Source of the DNA: Camelus dromedarius
Lineage: Eukaryota
Length of the DNA: 64,000 nucleotides
NCBI RefSeq assembly: GCF_036321535.1
Contig: NC_087472.1
Location: 95,420,001-95,484,000 of the forward strand
Direction: 5' to 3'
Every line of letters starts with the position of its first letter. Position 1 is the first letter of the stretch. The notes beneath the pieces were generated by a model. The model ran no database searches. It was not told the DNA's origin and worked only from the letters and a program-made list of their open reading frames with translations. Both the position numbers and the translations under genes were made by a program. Of the stretch, positions 36,881-50,723 are shown in pieces.

Positions 36881-37030
36881 CAGCACGGGGAACTATATTC
36901 AATATCTTGTAGTAATCCATAACGAAAAAGAATATGAAAATGAATATATGTATGTACATGTATGACTGAAACAATATACTGTATGCCAGAAACTGACACA
37001 TTGTAACTGACTATACTTCAATTAAAAAAA
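36881..37030 (+). mobile_element. Short L1 3' tail insertion
   Basis: agcacggggaactatattcaatatcttgtagtaa...ctgactatacttcaatt and poly-A. TSD AGAATGGAAA at 36871-36880 and 37031-37040. Confidence 0.9.
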
Positions 37031-37244
37031 AGAATGGAAATAGATAATGAAAAGCTCAGAATGAAGGTTAATGTAATCTAATCTTTGGAGTGATCAACTC
37101 ACTTACTGGCTCCATTCTTCACACCAACCTGTCTATTTCCACAGGCTTTGACATGTGACTTTGCACTTCTTCCATCAGAGACTGAGTATATTCTCTTGCA
37201 TCTTGACTTTGACAATGAACTTGCAACTTGTTCTGACCAATAGA

Positions 37245-37545
37245 ATGTTAGCAAATACAAAAATCTGTTGTGTTTCTATACACTAACAACGAATTAGCAA
37301 AAAGAGAAATTAAGGAACCAATCTGTTTTACAATGTGACAAAAAGAATAAAATACCTAGGAATATATTTCACCACAGAGGTGAAAGATCTGTACACTGAA
37401 AACTAAGAGACACTGTCCAAAGAAACTGAAGAAGACACAAAGAAATGGAAAAATATTCCATGTTCATGAATTTGAAGAATTAACATTGTTAAAACATCCA
37501 TATTACCTAAAGCAATGCACAGATTCAATGCAATCCCTAAATAAA
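37245..37545 (+). mobile_element. L1 ORF2 internal fragment
   Basis: aaaagaataaaatacctaggaata...gaaagatctgtacactgaaaac...agattcaatgcaatccc. Confidence 0.8.
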
Positions 37546-38579
37546 TTTTATACAACTGTAAGAACTATTTCACATTCATTAAAATGAAGTTACAGAATAT
37601 TTATTGACATGAAAAGATGTTTTTGATACATTATTAAAAGAAAAGGCACTTACATACAATACTGCAGTATTAGCACATACCTCTTTTATGTAAATAATAT
37701 AATACATATAAATGCATATAATACAAAAATATAACATGTTCACTAAACTGTTCATTATGGTTGCCTTTTGGTAATGGGATGATGAGAATTTTTTTCTTTT
37801 TGCTTATTTATATTTTCTAAGGTGCCCACAAGGAACATCTAATGATTATATAATAAAGAAAAACTAAAAGTAATTTTAAGAAAAAACACACATGAAGAGC
37901 AATCCTCCATGCAAAGTGTGATTGCTCATGGTCAGGAAAATCAGAAATGATGAAGCAACACCAACTCCTCAACACTGTAAGACTCCAGTATTACGTTCTC
38001 ATGCCACTTCTACGTCTGAGTCTAAACGGGATCAATCTCTCCACGTGAAGCTCCCTTCTTAAAGACATTTTGGCCAATAATTTTAAATGAAATGCTTTAG
38101 GATTTAAAGCCTTATGTAAAATCTCTTCCCACATCATCAAAAATGAAGAATTTACTTACTTGAGAGTAAGACTTATTTTCTATGTTATTTGCATAAGGAC
38201 TTAAGAATAAGATTGGAAACTATTTATGCTAAAATGCCATGTGTGATGGCAAACTGTCCCTCATCTATGCATCAGGAGGCAAAGTAGATTATTTATGGAC
38301 CTATTATGGAAATCTGTTAACCTTTTGCTTTCCCTCAGAGGACATTCTCATTCACATTTGCTAAATTCATCCACTGTCATTCTCAGCCACACTTCCATTA
38401 TTTACACTGCCTTGGAAACAGTTGAAATAAAATTAATTTCTTGAGCACTTACTATGTACCAGGGATGATGGAAAGTGTTTTATAGAGATTTACTCATTGA
38501 ATCCTCAAAATAACTCTGCAAGTTATGTTATATTGCCACCTCATTTCATAAATTTTTAAAAAGTTGGTACTTAAACAGG

Positions 38580-39250
38580 TTTAAGTCCCTGCTAAAAGGA
38601 ACCAAGGTTCTTGGAAGAAACAGCTGATCCAAGTTTGGAGACAGTAAAGTACAAAGTGAACCTGGAATATTTTGTGGGGCAAGAAAGGAAGGAAGCGCTC
38701 AAAACCTGAAAAGAACATGGGAACCAGATTAAATGGGCTCCTACTGGCAAAACTGGGCCAATCTAGACATCAAAATAAAGACAGGAATGGTTGATAACAC
38801 AACTGAATTTTTTAACCATTTTTTAAATTGAAGTACAGTTACTTTCCAACATTGTGTTAGTTTCAGGTGTAAAGCAAAGTGATTCCATGATATTTCTACA
38901 TATATCCTTCAGATTCTAATATATTTAAATTGAGATTTTATATTAGATGACCGTACCAATATCAAATGTTCTGAATTTGATAGTTGACTGCATTTATATA
39001 GGAGATTTTGCTTATTCTTAGAAGGTACATAATGAAATAGTTGGGGATGAAGGGTCATGTCAAAAACTTACTTTTAAATGGTTAGTAAGAACAATGGGGC
39101 AAATACATACTTCGAGTATGAGATAAAGCAAATAGAGCAAAATATTATCAGTCGGTCAGTCTAGGTGAAGGATATAAGGGTGCTGATAATACTTTTCTCT
39201 CACTTTTTCTCTAGGTTTAGTCTTTTTCAAAACAAAAAGTTGGGGAAAAA
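38580..39250 (+). mobile_element. Old L1MC/ME-type 3' regions with a short antisense L1 tail at ~38820-38915
   Basis: aagaaaggaaggaagcgctcaaa...gggctcctactggcaaa; tctaggtgaaggatata...tttcaaaacaaaaagttgggg. Confidence 0.55.
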
Positions 39251-39639
39251 AGGGAATTTAAACAACTTGCCAAAGACAGGCAGTGAGTGAGTGGCAACTC
39301 TGGGACAGAAGTGCCCAGTCTACCAGGGCTTTTGACCACACTTCATTGTCCCAGCAGCCAGAGCCATCACTTCAAAACACCCATCTGCTCAAAACCTTCC
39401 TGTGGCTCCCATCCCATCACTCAGGGCCAGAGTAACATCTTTATTTACAACAGCTTACATGGCCCCACACCACTTCCACTCAGAGAGTAGTCTGTGGACC
39501 TAGAAGAGGTTCAAAATGCAGAACCCCAGACCCCACTCCAGCTCTAGTGAATGTGAATCCACACCTCAACAACATCCTGAGGGGACTCCTACGTAGAGTA
39601 AAATTTGATCAGGGCTGCCTCCATAACTTGGCCTCATTA

Positions 39640-40110
39640 CTAACTCTGACTTCATCTCACACCAGTCTCCCTCTCACACTCTGCTCCAGCCCCACTGGCC
39701 TCCTTGTAGTTCTCAAAAATTCCACATACAATAAATACCACCTCAGTGCCTTTACACATGCTATGACTGCTGCCTGTACACACCTACTTGGCTCAGCTGT
39801 CCTAAGTCCTTCAGGACTCTTCTCAATTATCTCATCAATGAGGATCTCTTGATAGAAAATCTCAACATTCCCCATAAAATCTGCATTCCCCCAGGAATTC
39901 CTACCCTCTCTGCCCTGCTTCCTGCTTCTCCAAAGTCCTTCTCAACCAGCTGGCACACGGTCTCCACCAGCTGATTTGTTCACTGTCCTTGTTCCGGTAT
40001 ACCCCTGTAAGTTTCATGCAAGCTGGATACTGTTTATCCCTTGCTTTCTCCCTAGTTCCTGAAACAGTACCAGATCCACAGTAGTTAATAAATACTGATT
40101 AAATGAATTT
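39640..40110 (+). mobile_element. L2 3' fragment
   Basis: ctctgctccagccccactggcctcc...gcctttacacatgct...aataaatactgattaaatgaat. Confidence 0.6.
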
Positions 40111-43100
40111 ATGAGCAAATGATCTGTAGTTCTCACACCAGTCTTGTAACTGCCTACATTTCAGAGAAAAAGAGGTTTAGACAAGTCAAAGAACTTGCCC
40201 AAGCTCACTCAGCTAGTACAAGGTGAAGCCACAGTTAAATCTGATATCTGAGTCCAAATTCTGTAGTCTCTGCCACTGTTTAACCACTTACAATGGCCTG
40301 AAAAAGAGCTCAACCTACAGAGTGACTGCACTGCCCTGAGGAGGAAGATGGACCTTTACAAAGGATTTTCACATATGAATTCTTTCTTTCTTATTCTTAC
40401 TTTATTCCACAAAGAAGTCAGGACTTGTGCCTCATCAGAATCTCTCGGCACCCACATGTAGCAGGCTAGCACAGTCTGACTAGCCTTCTTGGCCAGTTAA
40501 AGTCCTCCTCTTGATCAAGGAACAGGAAGTTGAAGGCCAGGAACCACCTCACAACTGGTATAATGGCACTGATTGTTCTTAAATGCATCTCTGCAGCTGT
40601 GAGCTAGGCACCAGCTTTCTTTGGCCCCTCTCTGTCCTCCATCAGAGACAGTAGCTACATCTGTGTTCATCACCCTAGTTCTCATGTCCTGACTGTTCTA
40701 TCACCCAGAAATGCATTTCATTTGATTTTAAACTCAATGACCCGAACTCTGGAAATGTATTTTGGTTAATGACTTCATTTAAAGCATCTGACAGAGATGC
40801 ACGCATACAAATCAAGGCATTCATCCTCTCACGAGAGGTCGGTGGATCTCAAAACTCAGTGAACTTTAGAGGCCCCGATGGAACTTTTAAAAAATATACT
40901 GGTGTCTGGGCCCCAGCATGGTGATTTTTATCTAAATGATTTAGGGTGAATCCCAAGCATCCGTATTTTGTAAAAGACTCCAAGTAATTGAAATGACTAG
41001 CTAGGTTTAAAAACCATTCCAAGACCTCAAGAAAATAGACGTGTACACACACACACACACACAGAGTAACATCTCGGCCAGTCTGTAGGAGCCTGGCTCC
41101 AATAGACAGAAATACCAAGCAGCTGATAAAAAGAAGAACAAGTTACTGAACTGACCCTCAACAAACAGTGTGGACCTGACTCAGTGACCAGTGAAAGTCA
41201 ATGAGGTGCCAAGAGTCCATTTACACCACTAATTTGCCAGCTTACTGAGCTGTATTTCTTTATTTGCTTTCAGTCCTTTTTCAGTATCGGGCAGGTCCCA
41301 CAGAGAGGTGTCTAGCAACTTTGGATATCCCAACAACCTTGATTCACCTTCAAGGAACCCTGTTTAGAAGACACTGTCACATGTAGCTGTGATCCAGGGG
41401 GCCCAGCAACCCTAAGTCATCTAGTTCATCACAGAGGAAATGGGGGGATATCAACCATGGGAATTATTAGATCACATCCCTCTTATCCCATATTGAATAA
41501 AGTTACATTTGTTGCATCTGTGTGCAATAGTGAAGCATTATCAAAATTTAAATAAAAATTAACACCTTAGGGACTAGAGTTTTCTTCATAGAGCTGCTAT
41601 CTAGTAGGACAGGAAGTCTGGTGGTAAATAACACAGAAAGAGACCATTCCTGCAAGGAAAACGCCTCACACTATTTCCTAAAGCTTCAGGTATGTCTTTT
41701 GATCATGCCAAAAGCAAAATCAAGTTTTGAAAGCTTTATTCCACTTCATGGTATGAAGAAGAAGGAAGAAAGGCCGGAAGAAGGATTCGATAGGTCACTG
41801 CTCCGCCCACTCCTGCTCATTACCGCAAAGCCCATCAGCTTCTGCTCACTTAATTCCTCCTCCCAGTTCAAATCCCATTTCCTTCAAGAAACCACCCTGA
41901 GCGCTGTGATCTGTAAGCAACCTTGCTTTCCTCGTTACCACTTCATGATTCATCTGGACTTGGTATGACATTGTGTCATTAGTTATCTTTTCATTGGCTT
42001 CGGCCTCTTCCCAGTATCTAAACTCTGCTCATATTGCAGATAAAAGTGACATCTTATGTTATTTTATATTTTTCTCATAGAGCCTGTTCACAATACATAC
42101 ACATAGCACCTAGTAGGTGTTCAATAAACAGAAGTTGCCTGATGACTTACTAAAATTCTCATCTAGTTTGTGAAAAATTTCTCCCTAAATCATTTGAAAT
42201 ACATTTAAGCAACAATCCATTTCCAAAGTCCTCATCAGATTAGAATTTTTATTAATGAACTTTAAATTTCCAAGCACTCTGAGACCATTTAGTAGCATAA
42301 GTTTAGACCAGTATAATTTCTTAAATGTCAAACTAAAAACCATTTCAGGCTCTTCTCTAAAGGCATTCACCACTCCCTGCTTACCTTGAACATAAACTCT
42401 GCTCCCACCACAAGTCTTTTGAACTTGCTTCTCAATGTGGCTAGAACATTCTATCCTCTCATCTATTCATATCTGCCTCTGACTTTTCATTCGGGTCTCA
42501 GCTTCAACATTCCCCTTCAGAAAGGGCCTCCAACACCACTCAGTTTAAAACAGCTCACACACACACAGTTACCCTCTGGCACATTATCTTACTCTGTTTT
42601 CTTCATTGCACTTATAAATGTAAGTCCACACTCTTTCATTACGATGAAAATAACTCATACTATTTAACTCATACTATACTACTCTGTTTATTACCAAGTT
42701 TCTGACATTTGAATGCATACTATGTGGGCATGCATTCTGGAACATTCTCCTCTCTCTTCCCAGGGCTCACAAAGTGGTCCAGAGTAAACATTTGATATAT
42801 ATTTGCTGCAGATAAGGATTTTGAATAGACTGAAGGTTAAGGGCAAGTGAGCACTCACTGACTCAGAAACAAGGTAAACATTGGAAACTTAAAATCGATT
42901 CTTACATATATGTCTACTTCCTGTGGGACCCCTAAGTTCTTAGAAGAAAGAAATCTAAAAAGAAATTATGTGGAGTGGATGGAGGACAGAACTTGCCTGC
43001 TAAAGCAAGAAGTGGCAAAGCAGCTGTTAAGAAGAACTGGGTCGCCCTCCGTCTTATGCATGCACCAAATGACAACATCAAAATAATCATTATCTGTTAA

Positions 43101-44689
43101 AATGAAATCAACAAATATTTAAATCAGTCCACCCTGTCGATGAACCTTTCTCTCAGTTCTCCTTCCACTATCTTGATATAATTCTCCCATGCTTGACAAC
43201 TCCCTGCCAAGAAATATCAAGTTCATCCATTAAATTAAAATGATCCAGAGTATAAATAAGTTATATGTCTCTGAGCAAATAAATAACTTTTACAGTGCAT
43301 TACTCAACCTTGAATTTAATACCACCTTTAGCTTTAGTAACCTTGGGGTTTTTTAATAAGCTTTAGCATCCTGGGGTCAAAGGGGGTACACATCTTAGGA
43401 CCAGGCAACTTCTTTTCTTTCTTCCTTACCTCTAGCAGAGCTTTATTTATTTATTTATTTATTTTAACTTAACCCCAAGGTAAAATTCATCAGGTTCTCT
43501 CAAAGCAGTTGGCACTTCAAGTGACTCTGATGTTTAGCAGCATTTGTTCAGGTATCTTTCTGACATTGATCCACAGTCCTGTAACATCTTTCAACCCCGC
43601 ATTTTTTTTCTCAACAGAAAATTGTTTTCTATACCATTATAAATGTCAACAGACTTTAATTCAAATGAATTCCACTTGAACCTTCACTGAAAAGGTGTTT
43701 TTTTGGTTTTTCTACCTTAGATGCCTGAGATCTGTCCCAATATACATTTTGTAGGCAAAGCACAAGAGTGCTGGAAGGAATCTTTTTGTGGGGGGTTAGT
43801 AGCACTAATTGAAATTTAAATGGCAGGGAATATGAAAATAAAAATAAAACATTTTTTCTAGAGGCAAGCAAAATTTCCAACCCATAGGATGCCTTTCCAA
43901 ATGAATAATTAAAATGCAAGAAGCTATAAAACTGGTTTGAGATGAAACAGTGAATCATCCTAGTCAGATTTTGCCACGTGCCAGCCATCAAGCCACTGCT
44001 ATATACTCAAAAGTTTTTGTTCCCTGCATTCTTGAATGATGATGTTTCTAATGATGGTTCTATATTTGGTTAGCTGTAACCAAAAATTCTGATGAAGAAT
44101 CAAAGTACTATTCAGCAGGGTATGTGTGGAAAAATCCATGAAGATTCTCTTTGGTGAGTGACTATAGCAACTATGTACAATATTTGGTGTTTATGGCCCC
44201 GCCATTTTGGTTCTACAGATTGTCAGTTGGCTCTACAACGTGTTAGGAACTTGAGAGATGCAAATAAATGTACTTAAGGGAATGATGCTTGCACTGGTCA
44301 TGACTCACGATCACTGGTTATCACCCCTCTGGACACACTCTCCACCATTTAGCATTCTTCTCTGTGCCCTGAAAAGGGGATATGCGTGAATCACATCGAT
44401 GGGTTCACTTGTCCTCATGAGACCTTCAGAGTTCAAATGCCTGTCTTTGGGGAGTGTCCCATTTGGTAGGAAAGAAAAGGCATAATGCATTAAGAGAATG
44501 ATACAATCAATTGACTCAAGAAATGACAAAATCAAATATTAAACTATGAAGTCTCCATAACATGTGACCAGGATTAAGATAAATGAAAGACTCTTTGGGA
44601 GACAAAGCTGGACCAAAAAGATTTCCAACCCAAGATGGAACTTCAAATGTAGTGATGAGATAGAACATTTGGATAGCAGAAAGAGAGTA

Positions 44690-44840
44690 GATCTTAAATA
44701 TTCTCATCATTTAAAAAATGGTAGTTATGTAAGGTGATGGATGTGTTAACTAACTTCATTGTGGTAATGATTTCATGGTATATACATGTATCAAATCATC
44801 ACGTTGTAACCTAAAACTTACTTAATATCATACGTCAATT
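44690..44840 (+). mobile_element. L1MA/MB-type 3' end fragment
   Basis: gagtagatcttaaatattctcatc...ggtgatggatgtgttaactaact...tcaattacatctcagtaaagctgg. Confidence 0.75.
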
Positions 44841-46780
44841 ACATCTCAGTAAAGCTGGGAGGAGGGATAAAGAATCTTTGGTAGAGAGTGACTCCAGCAA
44901 AAGCACAGAAGTACAAATATTACATATAAATTATATATTTTTACACATGTATATATTACTTATGTAATATAATGTGAGAGGACAGTTAACTGGATAGTTA
45001 ACTGGTTCATATGGTTTACAGAAACTCCAGTGGAGAAGTAAATTTATGATTAAAATCCTGGCATAAACCATTCAATCTGGGCCAGGCAACACATGGGTGC
45101 AATTGACCCACAGGGATCAAGGCATTCCAGTGAGGATGAAGAGACCACCTGCAGCTCCTGACATTGACAAGGACACTGGGGTACAGTTGTCAGCTACCAG
45201 ATTATCCAAAGGAACAAACTGAGATGTACAATAATTTGTCCTGGGCTTACAATGGTTAAAAAAAAAAAAAAGATAGCCTCTAATCAAATGTTTTTCTGAA
45301 TTCTCATCACATCAGACATTTCTGCAGTTTGAATGGACAGTTTATGTCTTTTATATAATATAGAAGCCCCAGTTACACCCGCTTTAGAAACAGAAGTAGC
45401 GGCATGAGCTAAAGATCCATGTGCTACTTTGCCCATGGTGATCACCACAACAAGGGCATCATTTTGTGCTGAGAGTCTCTGAGCCAACCTACCCTGGGCT
45501 TTTTGTCTATTCTGGTGTACAATCCAGCAGCTCTGAGTTTCCAGTTTCTGACATTTACTTTGTCTATTACCCAACTTCTCTGAGATTCCACAGCCATACC
45601 TGCCCTTGCCATGTGCTAAAACTGCCATGAGGAACAAAACAGGTAAAGTAGGTCCATAAAAGCACGAGATAAGTGGAATAAAAGGTCATTTAAGTGAGAG
45701 ATACTACTTAGGAGGATGGAGTTGGTGGGAATGGTATGGTAAAAATATCCCCCTTGTAAATTCTTTGCAACATAAAGTATAATTTTGGTATTCATCCCAT
45801 AAAATGATTTAACAGTATACTAAAGGATTTAAATGTCTCAACTCTATGGGTTCCTCCAATTTGCATGAGTACAAATACTATTATGTTAAATATTATATTA
45901 AAATGCAATATTGGCTTTTGTGAACTGTTTCATAGTTCCTTTCATATCAACTAAAACAATGTCTCCTATACTTGTGTAAAACCTCTTCTATCATTTACTT
46001 CATGGAAGCTTTTGAAGACAACTCAGGCATATAAAAATCTGAGTCAAGTTTCTCTCACTTGCAAAAGCAACGTTTACTGGAAGATGTCAGTGGATCACAT
46101 CATGAAAACTCCCCTTATCTACTATGAAAATTCAGAAGGTTGACTCTGACTCCACCCTTCTTTCCCTGCAGTAAATCCAGTGCTGGCATCTGTGCATGGA
46201 ATCATTATAATTAGAAAAATACAGTTTATAATCTGTGAAAAAAATGGCCCCCCAAGTGGGTGTGCCTCTTCCATCACACTCATCCAGGATATGGCTCTAA
46301 CAGATTAGGGGCTGAAATGGTTACCGACCCTCGCTGAGTAGTTTTTTATCAATTAAAAATGCATTTGTTACCTTAAAAAAAAAAATGGGAGAGTCTGCTC
46401 TGAAGTGAATGAGTCCAGGACACAGAAGAGAAGCCAAAGACAAGGACAGGGATGAATGATTTTGATGTCCAAAAGCAACACTCAGAAATAACACTGATTG
46501 CAGAAGCACTGTATTTACCTAGTACTGCCTGGTTAGCTACTAGTTGTATCATCAGAGAACCATTAACCACAATTAATGATGCCCTTCTTTATGTTACAAA
46601 AATTATTCACAGAATGGCTTTTATACAAAATATTATCTGGGTCCCTCTTGAAAGAAGTCAGTGTTTCCTATCTGGTGGTGCATATTCAGCTGTGAGAAAT
46701 TAGAAGGTGTTTTCTCTATAAAAGAATGTCTTTATGGCAATTTTTCAAGCCTACACTTAAGTTATGGCTTCTTCTCTTAC

Positions 46781-47578
46781 AGCTCCTGTAGCAGGAGCTC
46801 TTTCATCCCAGAATTCTGGCCGTACATTTCATTGCAGCAATAAAGTTCTAAGAATCTAATCTCTTTCAAAAGAGTTTGCAGAAAGGACGAGTACAAAATT
46901 GGCACAGGACAGAGTTTGCAACCTTTCCCCAGTGAAGTAAAGTCAAAGTAGGTCACGGACAATCTGATTTTTTTCCTCACTTGTCTTGATTCGAGCATGT
47001 CCATACACGTTATGCAGCGATCTCTAATATTAGTTACCATTTCAGAGTCCAAAGACACGGTTCATACAAGATTTGAGTCAATTCCACAAGGCTGCAACAT
47101 AAATACTGAATGTGCAGAATCAACTTCCAAGTCTCTTCAGGCCTCCTCAGCTGGATCCCCACCAGGCGGGAGCTTCCGGCACTCCACAGCTCGTGATAAT
47201 GCTTTTGATCAAGGAGAATGCAGCAAATGTATGCAGAGAGATGTTTTTAGCGACCTCAGAAGAACTGTGCCTTTTAGTGAAGACCAGGACACACCTACAA
47301 GGCAGTCAAACACAGTGCTTCTCCTGGCTCCCCACTGCCTTGTCCAAACCATGTTTCCACCAACCACTTGGCCAAATCCAAAAACCAGCTTATCTGACTA
47401 TAGTCACCTTATCTCTAACCGAACGCCAGACATTGATTGTTCTGGAACCTACGAAGTTTTCCTCTTTAGTAAAAGCCCTGATCTGATGTTGGAGATAGAG
47501 TCATGCAGTAGGTATGAGTGGAGTCTGGCACCAGATTCAAATCCTGTCTGTAATCACATAATAGCTATACAATTTTGA
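46781..47578. other. Non-repeat, CpG-retaining, stop-poor block; possible exon or decayed exon, strand unresolved
   Basis: Holds the longest ORF in the window (193 aa, +) plus overlapping 124 aa (+) and 93 aa (-) ORFs. Splice-like signals occur at 46780-46782 on both strands and at 47295 (-). Confidence 0.3.
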
Positions 47579-47966
47579 AGAAGTCAGCTAAACTCACCAA
47601 GCTTTTGTTTCCTTATCTGTATACTGATGTGTAAAATAAAAGGGTGGTTTGTATCAACCCACATAAACTGCTTAATTTAGAGACTGTCATGTGATAAATA
47701 CCCAATAAATATTTGATGAAGATGGTGATGATGACTGGAGATAGCAAAACTCAACTTAAGAAGCCATTCCCAAAACTTCTGCCAAAAGATGCTATAGTCA
47801 ATGCACGTTGACTTTACACTTCCTTCTGCAAACCCCAAAACAGAATAAATAGAAAAATATCCATCTACATGAACCTAGGAAATAGCAAAAACCCCAACTC
47901 ACAGTTTGCAAACAACATCTATCATAAGTCAGTGAATTGTGAGCTTAAATTAAGAAGGATGCCCAT

Positions 47967-49076
47967 GAATAAAAGCAAAAATAAACAAATGGGACCTAAT
48001 TAAATTTATAAGCTTTTGCACAGCAAACCATAAGCAAAACATAACAACCACCTACAGAATGGGAGAAAATATTTGTAAATGATGCAACTGACAAAGGTTT
48101 AATTTCAAGAATATATAAACAGCTCATACAACTTAATAACAAAAAAACCCCAAACAACCCAATACAGACATGGGCAGAAGACCTAAACAAGTAATTCTCC
48201 AATGAAGACATACAAGTGATCATTAGGCACACTAAAAAATGCTCAACGTCGCTAATCATCAGAAAAATGCAAATCAAAACTACAACGAGGTATCACCTCA
48301 CATCAGTCAGAATGGCTGTCATTAAAAAGTCCACAAATGATAAATGCTGGAGAGGCTGTGGAGAAAAGGGAACCCTCCTACACTGTTGGTGGGAATGTAG
48401 CTTGGTGCAGCCACTATGGAAAACAGTATAGAGTCCTCAAAAAACTAAAAGTAGACTTACCATAAGATCCAGCAATCCTAATCCTGGGCATATATCCAGA
48501 GGGAACTCTAATTCGAAAAGATACACGCACCCCAATGTTCACAGTAGCACTGTTTACAATAGCCAAGACATGGAAGCAACCTAAATGTTCATCAACAGAT
48601 GACTGGATTAAAAAGTTGTGATATATATATATACATACACACATACACATACACACACATGCAATGGAATACTACTCAGCTATAAAAAAGAATAAAGTAA
48701 TGCCACCTGCAGCAACATGGATGGACTTGGAGATTGTCATTCTAAGTGAAGTAAGCCAGAAAAAGAAAGAAAAATACCATATGATATCACTCATACGTGG
48801 AATCTAAAAAAAGAAAGAAGAAGACAGTAATGACTTTATCTACAAAACAGAAACAAACTCACAGACATAGTAAACAAACTTATGGTTGCTGGGGGAAAGG
48901 GGGTGGAGAGGGATAAATTGGGAGTTAGAGATTTGCACCTCTTGGGGAGTGATGGAAATGTTAGCTATCTTGATTGTGGTGGTGGTTTCATTGGCATATA
49001 CATCTATCAAAATTCATCAAATTGTACATCTGATATATGTGTAGTTTACCATATAGGAATCATACCACAATAAAGG
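47967..49076 (+). mobile_element. 5'-truncated L1 (ORF2 C-terminus, 3' UTR with chimeric tail)
   Basis: [44 protein letters not shown]. The 3' UTR switches tail after atttgca (48937); AATAAA at ~49069 is followed by a GA-rich tail. Confidence 0.92.
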
Positions 49077-49419
49077 TGAAGAAAGGAAGGAAGGAAGGAC
49101 GAGAGAAAGAAAGAAAGAAAAAATGTCATGAGACGCAGGGTGATGAAAGGATTGTTCAACTCCACTGTATTTATTATTTTCTGCCCCAAAGTGCAAACTG
49201 AAAGAAGCAGAAGAAAGGGAAAGACACCAATCCATTTTGCAGTGAACTCTTGTAAACAATGATGAATAAATACTAAGTAGTAAAAGACTTGTGTGCTCAG
49301 AAGCTCTCCTGGTCCATGTTGAACTCTTACATTGTTTCTGAGCTCTCTGAGAGGAGATGTGTTTCCAAAGCAGGAGACACAAGCAGATATAGTGGAAAAG
49401 TACACTTTAGAATTATATG

Positions 49420-49555
49420 AAAATATTCTAGTTTAAGTATATCCCGAAGACTACATGGCACATGCTTGTAATATTAAAAATATATTCATTGTCGATTTCA
49501 AATTAAACTTTAACTGGGTATCTTGTATTTTTATTTGCTAAATTTGGAAATCCTA
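49420..49555. mobile_element. MER53-like hAT element (partial)
   Basis: aaactttaactgggtatcttgtatttttatttgctaaatttggaaatccta. Confidence 0.6.
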
Positions 49556-49689
49556 CCTCACCCCCAGATAAGAAAGAAGTAGAAAGAGTTCAACAGGGCT
49601 TGTATACATAGACACTATAAATACCTGGGGAAATTAACATAACAAGCAAAAGGAATGAAAGATGTACTTCAGATGCATTATCCCCAAGA

Positions 49690-50420
49690 AATCGAAGAAA
49701 AGTTCAGATAAGCCTCTTTATAATCTCGAAGAAAGTAAAGGAATATGGACTACTGGAAAAAATATCTCAAATAATAAATAAAGCAGCAGGAGATGAAAAG
49801 CAATTTGACAAATGGAGGAAAGGAATTCAAGATGATAATAAAGCTACTTCACAAGAAAAACAATAAGAAGGAAAATATGTTCTGCTAAGAAAGTGCCAAC
49901 AATGTGCAAAAGAGACATTATAAAATAATAAAGTCCAGGACATAAAGGCAAACAAATGATGAGCAGAAGGAAGAGAGGCAAGGGAAATCCAACAGCCAGA
50001 TGGTGATGATGATGATGATGATGATAACAATTTACCAGAAAGAGAGCAGAATAAAGAAAATAAAACAATAGAAAACCATCCTAAAGTAAACAAAGTCTCA
50101 AATCTATAAATCAGAATGACAAAATGTATTCCAGAAAAAAATTATGAAAATAATCAACATAAAGACAGTCTGGTGAAATCAGCGAAGTGCAAGGATAAGA
50201 AAAGAACTCTCTAGGCATCCAGGAATAAAAACAAGTCTTCTATAAATGGGAGAAGCCAGATTCCTATCTCTTTCCACTTCCGGGAGACAGTGGAATATCA
50301 TCTAGAGAGTTTGGATGGGAAAAATGTAATCCAATAATATTACACCTATTTAAAAACATAGCAGGAAAATATTTACCGAACTTTTTGGATTTTGGAAATA
50401 TAGCCTCAAAGCTAAAATCC
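49690..50420 (+). mobile_element. Ancient L1/HAL1 ORF1-region remnant
   Basis: A-rich and degenerate; aaggataagaaaagaactctctaggcatccagg...agacagtggaata...aaaatgtaatccaataat. Confidence 0.45.
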
Positions 50421-50601
50421 CAGTAATCAAGAGGGGGATCAAACAAGCCACAGCATGAAAGTTCTAATGGTGAGCACTGAATCAATTTAAATATAGACCT
50501 AACATTAAACAACTAATTCCTCACCTATACAGTAATGGTTGCCAAAATGACCTTTAATGTTTCGCCTAGTTCTAAATCTTTCATTATTTAGAAGCCTACA
50601 A

Positions 50602-50723
50602 GGGGAAAGGTATAGTTCATTGTAGAGTGCGTGCTTAGCATGCATGAGGTCCTGGGTTTAATCTCCAGTACCTCCATTAAAAATTTAAAAAAACCTAATT
50701 ACCCCCCAAAAAGCAAACAAAAA
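50602..50723 (+). mobile_element. tRNA-derived SINE (Vic-1-like)
   Basis: gtagagtgcgtgcttagcatgcatgaggtcctggg. TSD AGAAGCCTACAA at 50590-50601 and 50724-50735. Confidence 0.9.

Noticed and set aside
42651..42680. Short tandem duplications (also at ~44984-45005 and ~1217-1237)
   Set aside because: Ordinary slippage duplications of 10-14 nt.
45284..45637. 117-aa minus-strand ORF
   Set aside because: Non-ATG start, no recognisable homology and no convincing exon boundaries.
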